A stretch of 31,163 bases of DNA from a virus (Duplodnaviria; Heunggongvirae; Uroviricota; Caudoviricetes): the IMG/VR virus record IMGVR_UViG_2541047775_000006; one strand, written 5' to 3'. A program made the translations under genes and the position numbers. The stretch's first letter is position 1; each line of letters starts with the position of its first letter. Positions 25,194 through 31,163 of this stretch are shown here, piece by piece. The notes under the pieces are model-generated. The model worked only from the letters and a program-made list of their open reading frames with translations. It searched no databases and was not told the DNA's origin.

Positions 25194-25322
25194 TACCAGT
25201 TTGTACACTTGCTTCCGGCTGGTACCGCTCTTTTTACAAAACAGAGAAGAGCATCACCGGACGACGGGCTCATAACCCAATCCATCCGGGCGGCTGCCAC
25301 CGCAGGTGTTCTTCTCTGTTTT
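25194..25322 (+). promoter_or_regulatory. structured leader of early-left operon: hairpin, boxA-like motif, long stem-loop
   Basis: GGTACCAG...CTGGTACC (25194..25228) followed by GCTCTTTTTACAAAA (boxA-like), then a perfect 13-bp inverted repeat AAAACAGAGAAGA / TCTTCTCTGTTTT (25238..25250 and 25310..25322) enclosing a GC-rich 59-nt loop, ending about 35 nt before the rdgC-like ATG. Confidence 0.5.
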
Positions 25323-25358
25323 GTGGAGAAACTAATACATTGTGCAGAGGAAAATAGA

Positions 25359-26276
25359 ATGAAATTACCAAAATTTCGTAACGCAATTGTGTACCGAGCA
25401 ACATTACCTAGTATACAGGCTATTGAAGGTCATCTTCTCGAACTCCCTTATTCTGAAATCGGGGAAACAGAATTTTCACGGTCCTCTTTTGTAGAGAATC
25501 CTGTCACTGGTGAACTGGTAACTCCGATATCTGGTGGGTACGCAATGGTAATCCGTCATGATCAGAAAATAATTCCCCGACATGTCGTCATGAAAGAAGC
25601 TAATTCTCGAATCCAAACAATCGAAAATATGTCCGGGAATAAATTAAAGCGTGCCGAACGACTGGCCATTATTGATAACGTACGAGTAGATCTATGCAAA
25701 CAGGCATTTGTTAAGTCTACGCTGATTCTTGCATTGTACAGCACTGATGAGAAATTATTGGTAATCAACACAACCAATAAAATAATAGCCGGTATGGTAT
25801 GCGCAATGCTGATTAAGGTTGTCGGTTCAGTGAAAACAGAAACAATCAACATCAGTGATATCAAGAATGGACTGACTACACGCCTGAATAACTACATCAA
25901 TGGTGCAGCCAATGCATTTGAAGGATTCACTGTCGGAAATTATATTCAGCTATCACGCTACGCAGATCAAAAGGAAATTATTCGCTACTCAGCTGAGCAT
26001 GAGTCAATTCAAAGCGAACTGGCCGATAGCCTTAGTAGTAGTTTCACTGCTGATAAAATGGAGTTATCCGGTTGCGGTGTGACCTTCATTCTTACCGAAA
26101 ATTTCCATTTTTCGCGCATCAATACTCAATCTCAGACATTTAATGATGAAGATGATAAAGCATTCCAGTGGCGTCATCAGACTGGCGCTGACCTTTTCCA
26201 ATTCAGCAAGGTAGTTAATTTGATGTGTGACCTTCTTTCTTACAAAGAAGATAAAAGCCAAAATCCAACAACTTAA
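25359..26276 (+). CDS. RdgC-like recombination-associated protein
   Basis: ATG at 25359 with GAGG SD gives MKLPKFRNAIVYRATLP... (RdgC begins MLWFKNLMVYRL as I recall); central VIRHDQKIIPRHVVMKEA...KLKRAERLA parallels RdgC. Track ORF start 25209 lies inside the leader hairpin. Confidence 0.6.
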   Translation: MKLPKFRNAIVYRATLPSIQAIEGHLLELPYSEIGETEFSRSSFVENPVTGELVTPISGGYAMVIRHDQKIIPRHVVMKEANSRIQTIENMSGNKLKRAERLAIIDNVRVDLCKQAFVKSTLILALYSTDEKLLVINTTNKIIAGMVCAMLIKVVGSVKTETINISDIKNGLTTRLNNYINGAANAFEGFTVGNYIQLSRYADQKEIIRYSAEHESIQSELADSLSSSFTADKMELSGCGVTFILTENFHFSRINTQSQTFNDEDDKAFQWRHQTGADLFQFSKVVNLMCDLLSYKEDKSQNPTT

Positions 26277-26280
26277 AAAA

Positions 26281-26324
26281 ATTGCAGCAATCATCCCATG
26301 TCAAATGGGCTGGATTGCTGCAAT
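26281..26324. promoter_or_regulatory. 44-bp near-perfect palindrome between rdgC-like and HD hydrolase genes
   Basis: ATTGCAGCAATC atCCCATgtcaaATGGGctg GATTGCTGCAAT: 12-bp perfect outer arms plus a 5-bp inner stem, flanked by A-runs. Confidence 0.55.
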
Positions 26325-26366
26325 CAAAATTCAGAGCGGTGCAGCGCATATAACGTGGAGAACAAA

Positions 26367-26903
26367 ATGTCATTTATTAAAACTTTTTCCGGGAAGCATT
26401 TTTATTATGACAGGATAAATAAAGACGACATCGTGATTAACGATATCGCGGTTTCCCTTTCAAATATCTGCCGCTTTGCCGATCATCTTTCTCACTTCTA
26501 CAGTGTCGCCCAACATGCGGTGCTTTGCAGCCAGCTGGTGCCGCAGGAATTTGCTTTTGAAGCGTTAATGCATGATGCAACAGAAGCGTATTGCCAGGAT
26601 ATTCCCGCTCCACTGAAACGCCTTCTTCCTGACTATAAACGGATGGAAGAAAAAATAGACGCCGTAATCCGTGAGAAATACGGGTTACCCCCGGTTATGA
26701 GCACGCCCGTGAAATATGCCGATCTCATCATGCTGGCAACCGAACGCCGCGATCTCGGGCTTGATGATAGCTCTTTCTGGCCTGTACTGGAAGGTATCCC
26801 GGCAACAGAGATGTTCAAAGTGATTCCACTGTCGCCAGGCCATGCCTACGGGATGTTTATGGAACGTTTTAACGAGTTATCGGAGTTACGCAAATGCGCA
26901 TGA
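26367..26903 (+). CDS. HD-domain phosphohydrolase (YfdR-like 5'-deoxynucleotidase)
   Basis: ATG 26367 with GGAG SD (MSFIKTFSGKHFYYD...); HD motifs H (AQHAV), HD (LMHDATEAY), D (QDIP). Resembles prophage CPS-53 YfdR as I recall. Confidence 0.65.
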   Translation: MSFIKTFSGKHFYYDRINKDDIVINDIAVSLSNICRFADHLSHFYSVAQHAVLCSQLVPQEFAFEALMHDATEAYCQDIPAPLKRLLPDYKRMEEKIDAVIREKYGLPPVMSTPVKYADLIMLATERRDLGLDDSSFWPVLEGIPATEMFKVIPLSPGHAYGMFMERFNELSELRKCA

Positions 26904-27256
26904 ATGTTTTCGAAATGGAAGGGTTTCTTCGCGGGAAATGTGTACCACGAGATCTGAAAGTGAATGAAACAAATGCTGAGTACCTGGTACGTAAATTCGA
27001 TGCGCTTGAAGCTAAATGTGCGGCACTGGAAAACAAAATAATACCAGTGTCAGCTGAACTGCCGCCAGCAAATGAAAGTGTTCTGTTATTTGATGCTAAC
27101 GGAGAAGGCTGGCTAATTGGCTGGCGTTCTCTCTGGTACACCTGGGGACAAAAAGAAACCGGAGAATGGCTGTGGACATTTCAGGTCGGGGACCTTGAAA
27201 ACGTCAATATCACTCACTGGGCAGTAATGCCGAAAGCACCGAAGAATAAAAAATGA
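26894..27256 (+). CDS. DUF551-like protein
   Basis: 120 aa; C-terminal GEGWLIGW...THWAVMP motif; start overlaps upstream stop. Confidence 0.55.
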   Translation: MRMNVFEMEGFLRGKCVPRDLKVNETNAEYLVRKFDALEAKCAALENKIIPVSAELPPANESVLLFDANGEGWLIGWRSLWYTWGQKETGEWLWTFQVGDLENVNITHWAVMPKAPKNKK

Positions 27257-27456
27257 GCGTGATAAAAACTCATACAGGAATTGTTATCACCCGAGACGGT
27301 CCGCAGGTAAAAAAACTGCACCAGACAAAGCGGATGTGGGTCGTCGGAAAAAACGAGTTTTACCACAAAGAAACCGGACGCCGCCACTTTGCAGAAAATA
27401 CTCGCCGCCGACTGCTGATCGATACCATCAAGCCTATCGAGGTGAAGCATGTTTAA
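27253..27456 (+). CDS. hypothetical small protein
   Basis: 67-aa ORF, ATGA coupling to upstream gene. Confidence 0.5.
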   Translation: MSVIKTHTGIVITRDGPQVKKLHQTKRMWVVGKNEFYHKETGRRHFAENTRRRLLIDTIKPIEVKHV

Positions 27457-27688
27457 ACAGAACGAAAAATCTATCGCTCAAATTGCTGAGTATATCCCGC
27501 GTGCGTGCCGGGATATGCAGTTGCAGGAAGCCAAAGCACGCCTGGAGAAAAAAATTGCGCTCTATATCGATGACGGCTGTGATGCCGCCGTTCTTAACGC
27601 GGCGTTCGCGCCAGCTCTTAACAGTCATACGCGAAAGTCTTTTTTTTCGTGCATCGCAGCGCAGATCCGTAAAGGAGGCAACCAGTGA
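27449..27688 (+). CDS. hypothetical small protein
   Basis: 79-aa ORF, start overlaps upstream stop. Confidence 0.5.
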   Translation: MFKQNEKSIAQIAEYIPRACRDMQLQEAKARLEKKIALYIDDGCDAAVLNAAFAPALNSHTRKSFFSCIAAQIRKGGNQ

Positions 27689-28284
27689 GCAACATTAACT
27701 ATCAGGTACTGCGTGAAAAGGCAGAGAAAGCAACTAAAGGAAGCTACATCGTAGGGCATACATCTGTTAACCAACACGGCAATTTAACAGGAGTTTTTGT
27801 TTGTCAAAAATGGAAAGGAGAACCCGGTGGCGTAATTGCAGAATGTCACGTTAACTGCCTGGTTGAAACAGATGCTCAGGCTTATGCAAACGCTGAATTC
27901 ATAGCAGAGGCTAACCCGGCTACCGTGCTGGCACTGCTGGATGAACAGGAAAGAAACCAGCAATACATCAAACGCCGCGACCAGGAGAACGAGGATATTG
28001 CGCTAACGGTAGGGAAGCTGCGCGTTGAGCTTGAGGAGACAAAATCAAAACTCAACGAGCAGCGCGAGTATTACGAGGGAGTTATCTCTGATGGGTGCAA
28101 GCGTATTGCTGAACTGGAAGCGCGGGAAGTTCAATTACCGACTCGCTACGACCTTCGATATGGACACCCGATAAATGCAGATGAGCGACAAGTCATGATA
28201 CCTAAAGAAAATGGCAGTTGGCTTTACCTGATTGACCTAGAACACGCATTACGCGTCGCTGACATTCGTATCAAAGGAGAGTGA
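27685..28284 (+). CDS. Ead/Ea22-like protein
   Basis: 199 aa, GTG start with AAAGGAGG SD; N-terminus MSNINYQVLREKAEKATKGSY and central coiled coil typical of Ea22-like proteins. Confidence 0.6.
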   Translation: MSNINYQVLREKAEKATKGSYIVGHTSVNQHGNLTGVFVCQKWKGEPGGVIAECHVNCLVETDAQAYANAEFIAEANPATVLALLDEQERNQQYIKRRDQENEDIALTVGKLRVELEETKSKLNEQREYYEGVISDGCKRIAELEAREVQLPTRYDLRYGHPINADERQVMIPKENGSWLYLIDLEHALRVADIRIKGE

Positions 28285-28285
28285 T

Positions 28286-28549
28286 ATGGCCACTTTAACA
28301 AAAAAAGAACGGGCATGGTTGAATGAATTACAGGACGTTCTTGATCGCTGTCCATCACCAAAAAAAATTGGTTTTTACACCATTGGCGATAAAACCATTT
28401 ACCTGTATGACCTACGCCGCATGGATGAAATCATGGAGGCTCTTGATAATCGTTCGTCGATGGATTGGTGTGTTGCTGTCCATGATATGAATGCAGGGTT
28501 TGATGAAAAGATTTTGTTCCCCTCATCAGTTGAAAGCACTGCGGGTTAA
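28286..28549 (+). CDS. hypothetical protein
   Basis: 87-aa ORF, AAAGGAGA SD, tightly packed in operon. Confidence 0.5.
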   Translation: MATLTKKERAWLNELQDVLDRCPSPKKIGFYTIGDKTIYLYDLRRMDEIMEALDNRSSMDWCVAVHDMNAGFDEKILFPSSVESTAG

Positions 28550-28559
28550 GGAGTAACAC

Positions 28560-29072
28560 ATGACCACTATAACCAAAGAGCGACTGCTGACAATCAAGCA
28601 GTGGCGCGAAACATACGGACCGGGTAGCAACGTTGTGCTTCCAGCAGAAGAAGCGGAAGAGCTGGCACGGATTGCGCTGGCATCACTGGCAGCAGAGCCG
28701 GTGGCAAAGATTATAGCTCATTACCCATTAGGAGTTGACGTAGGCAAACAAAAATTCGTACAGGCCATTAGAGAGCTTCCTGACTTTGGCGGATATCTAT
28801 TTGCCGCCCCTCCAGCGCCGATAGTGCCGGAAGAAATGTATTGGCAGGATGCGCCAGTTGAAGGCAGCAGCAAAGCGGCTGCATACGCTACAGGCTGGAA
28901 CGATTGCCGCGAAGCCATGCTTCAGTCCGGAAACTTTCGGGAAAATAAAGATTCGTCAACCAATAATTTTCGGAAAATCCCGGAAGCGTCAACCAGCTCT
29001 CCGGTAACTCCGGATGGTTGGATAAGCTGTAGTGAGCGAATGCCGGACGACAGGCAGGAGGTGAATCAATGA
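28560..29072 (+). CDS. hypothetical protein with DUF551-like C-terminal fragment
   Basis: 170 aa, TAAGGAG SD; C-terminal DGWISCSERMPDD resembles the start of a DUF551 domain but ends shortly after. Confidence 0.5.
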   Translation: MTTITKERLLTIKQWRETYGPGSNVVLPAEEAEELARIALASLAAEPVAKIIAHYPLGVDVGKQKFVQAIRELPDFGGYLFAAPPAPIVPEEMYWQDAPVEGSSKAAAYATGWNDCREAMLQSGNFRENKDSSTNNFRKIPEASTSSPVTPDGWISCSERMPDDRQEVNQ

Positions 29073-29152
29073 GCTGGCCTGATGCAATCGTAACTCTGGG
29101 GGTGGTATTCGCAGCAGCGTTTGTTGTGTTCTCGATTTGTCGATGGGGATAA
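29069..29152 (+). CDS. 27-aa hydrophobic peptide (unannotated small ORF)
   Basis: ATG 29069 forms ATGA with upstream stop, preceded by GGAGGTG at ideal spacing; MSWPDAIVTLGVVFAAAFVVFSICRWG, one predicted TM helix. Confidence 0.45.
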   Translation: MSWPDAIVTLGVVFAAAFVVFSICRWG

Positions 29153-29156
29153 CCAC

Positions 29157-29399
29157 ATGTTCGCTTTGATTCAACGCGGTCAGATATACACGGACAGAGC
29201 TGGATACCCCGTGGTGATTACTCGCATCACTGAGCACTCAGTGTTCTTTCGACGGATGGACGGACGATCCGGGCGGGTACGCATTGGTGAGTTAAACTGC
29301 CTGTTCGAACATATTGACCACCAGGAGTACCGCAAAATTCTCGCGGACACTGAGCAGGAAAAGCACCTGAAAAAATTACGAGCCATAAAAAGGAAGTAA
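29157..29399 (+). CDS. small hypothetical protein (DUF4222-like paralogue)
   Basis: ATG at 29157 (MFALIQRGQIYTDRAGYPVVITRITEHSVFFRRMDGRSGRVRIGELNCLFEHID...); track start 29121 is further upstream. Confidence 0.55.
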   Translation: MFALIQRGQIYTDRAGYPVVITRITEHSVFFRRMDGRSGRVRIGELNCLFEHIDHQEYRKILADTEQEKHLKKLRAIKRK

Positions 29400-29402
29400 A
29401 GA

Positions 29403-29549
29403 ATGAATAAAGCATTTGAACGATGGGTCCACCAGCGTTACGGCAATCGCTATGACCTGACGCGAGATGTTGACGGCTTCTACTGTCGTGAAGTTGTGAA
29501 GCGAATGTTTGAAGTGTGTTGCCACTGCCGTGGGCTGAGTGTTGTGTGA
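29403..29549 (+). CDS. 48-aa Cys-rich small protein (unannotated small ORF)
   Basis: ATG 29403 with AGGAAG SD; MNKAFERWVHQRYGNRYDLTRDVDGFYCREVVKRMFEVCCHCRGLSVV. Confidence 0.4.
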   Translation: MNKAFERWVHQRYGNRYDLTRDVDGFYCREVVKRMFEVCCHCRGLSVV

Positions 29550-29557
29550 GGTAATAC

Positions 29558-29794
29558 ATGGGCAATGTGATTCAACTGGCTCCCAATGAATGGGTTTGTG
29601 AAAGCGTTCTTATCGCAATTACCGGGCTCAAACCAGGCACAATTCTTCGGGCCCGGAAAGAATGCTGGATGGTTGGAAGAGAGTATATTCACGTATCACC
29701 AGACGGTAATCCAAAGCCTTCCAGTGAATGTATGTATAACAGAAAAGCAATAGATGCCTGGGTCGCCTCAATGAAAAACAAACAACCTAGGTGA
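29558..29794 (+). CDS. xis: excisionase (Xis-like winged-helix)
   Basis: 78-aa ORF immediately upstream of the integrase; motif ITGLKPGTILRARKE...REYIHVSPDG. Confidence 0.7.
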   Translation: MGNVIQLAPNEWVCESVLIAITGLKPGTILRARKECWMVGREYIHVSPDGNPKPSSECMYNRKAIDAWVASMKNKQPR

Positions 29795-29849
29795 TTTAAT
29801 ATCATGAAATATGTAAGCTCGTATCGCTCTTGGGCGTCTGGAGGTATCG

Positions 29850-31163
29850 ATGGATAAAGTCAAATATCCAACAGGCGTCGAAAACCACGGCGGCACATTA
29901 CGCATCTGGTTTAATTTTAAAGGTAAACGTGTCAGGGAAAATCTTGGTGTCCCTGACACTGCCAAGAACAGGAAGATCGCCGGGGAACTGCGGACATCAG
30001 TATGTTTTGCCATCCGCACAGGAAGCTTTGATTATGCTGCACAGTTCCCTGACTCCCCCAACCTTCAGGCTTTTGGGGTAAGTAAAAAAGAAATTACGGT
30101 GAAGGAACTTGAAGAAAAGTGGCTGGATCTGAAACGAATGGAAATCTCTGCAAATGCATTCAATCGCTATGAATCCGTTGCAAGAACGATGGTTCCGAAA
30201 ATTGGAGGCAGTAGACTGGTGTCATCGGTAACCAAAGAGGAATTGCTGTATATCAGGAAAGATTTGCTGACCGGGTATCAGAATTCAACGAAAAACAAAG
30301 CAGCAGCAAAAGGACGGAGCGTCGTTACTGTAAATTATTACATGACGACAATCGCTGGAATGTTTCAGTTTGCTGCAGATCACGGTTACTTAGAAGCAAA
30401 TCCCTTCCAGGGAATTAAGCCTCTTAAAAGAGCCAGGGCAGAGCCAGATCCGCTAACTCGTGACGAATTTATTCGCCTGATAGATGCTTGCCGACATCAG
30501 CAGACGAAAAACCTGTGGTCATTGGCTGTGTACACAGGAATGCGTCACGGTGAACTGGTCTCCCTGGCCTGGGAAGATATCGATCTGAAGGCAGGAACAA
30601 TTACCATCAGGCGCAATTATACGAAACTTGGTGAGTTCACTCTACCGAAAACTGAAGCAAGCACAAACAGGGTTGTGCACCTTATCCAGCCCGCTATCAG
30701 TGTCCTGAAAAATCAGGCTGAAATGACAAGACTGGGTAAGCAGTACAACATCAAGGTGCAACTACGTGAATATGGACGTTCAGTGAACCATGAATGTACT
30801 TTCGTGTTTAACCCTCAAGTGGTTAGAAAAAGCGAACAGGTAGGTTTTGTCTACAAAGTCGATTCTGTAGGTGACTCATGGGAAACAGCCATTAAGCGTG
30901 CAGGGATCAGGCATCGAAAGGCATACCAGTCACGACACACTTATGCGTGCTGGTCATTATCTGCCGGAGCAAACCCAAGCTTCATTGCCAGCCAGATGGG
31001 CCATGCAAGTGCCCAGATGGTATTCAATGTATACGGAGCATGGATGACTGACAGCAATGCAGAACAGATCGCAATGCTGAATCAGAAGCTGACAGATTAT
31101 GTCCCAATGATGCCCCATAGTCACCAAAGTGACACCAGAGGCTTATTAAAATCAGTAAGTTAA
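29850..31163 (+). CDS. int: tyrosine integrase (lambda Int family)
   Basis: 437 aa, GGAGG SD; catalytic signature residues visible (R in YTGMRHGEL, SRHTYA box, Tyr in NVYGAW). Stop codon is the last 3 nt of the window. Confidence 0.9.
   Translation: MDKVKYPTGVENHGGTLRIWFNFKGKRVRENLGVPDTAKNRKIAGELRTSVCFAIRTGSFDYAAQFPDSPNLQAFGVSKKEITVKELEEKWLDLKRMEISANAFNRYESVARTMVPKIGGSRLVSSVTKEELLYIRKDLLTGYQNSTKNKAAAKGRSVVTVNYYMTTIAGMFQFAADHGYLEANPFQGIKPLKRARAEPDPLTRDEFIRLIDACRHQQTKNLWSLAVYTGMRHGELVSLAWEDIDLKAGTITIRRNYTKLGEFTLPKTEASTNRVVHLIQPAISVLKNQAEMTRLGKQYNIKVQLREYGRSVNHECTFVFNPQVVRKSEQVGFVYKVDSVGDSWETAIKRAGIRHRKAYQSRHTYACWSLSAGANPSFIASQMGHASAQMVFNVYGAWMTDSNAEQIAMLNQKLTDYVPMMPHSHQSDTRGLLKSVS

Noticed and set aside
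25209-25358. N-terminal extension of the rdgC-like ORF
   Set aside because: Overlaps the long leader stem-loop; the RdgC-like N-terminus begins at ATG 25359 with its own SD.

Overview
The window is the interior of a lambdoid prophage from an enterobacterium (E. coli-like), lying in inverted orientation and ending at the integrase stop codon; no host flank or att site is visible. Everything below is read by eye from the sequence and ORF track; no database search was run, so family names rest on recognisable motifs and remembered homologues. From left to right: lambda-like tail genes on the minus strand (L partial, M, tape measure, G/G-T frameshift, major tail V), head-tail joining genes, an HK97-type head module (major capsid, prohead protease, portal), terminase large and small subunits, an HNH endonuclease, and a lysis cassette (lambda-like Rz/Rz1, SAR-type endolysin, phage-21-like pinholin). 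Upstream of the holin sit three minus-strand tRNA genes, an AT-rich AraC-family regulator that I take to be AppY-like, and the Q antiterminator. The early-right region carries a DUF968 protein, KilA-N, RusA, a Dam methylase, an O-like initiator with embedded iterons, Rha and a Cro-like gene. The immunity region has a CI-like repressor (HTH plus S24 peptidase) with three operator-like sites. Between cI and the early-left operon lies the most interesting locus: a convergent, AT-rich, unrecognised membrane-protein gene (24310..24804) flanked by boxA-like motifs, direct repeats and a long hairpin, with no N gene found. The early-left operon (RdgC-like, HD phosphohydrolase, DUF551, Ea22-like, several small ORFs, Xis, Int) contains two short ORFs missing from the track. 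No CRISPR array, rRNA or transposase was seen.
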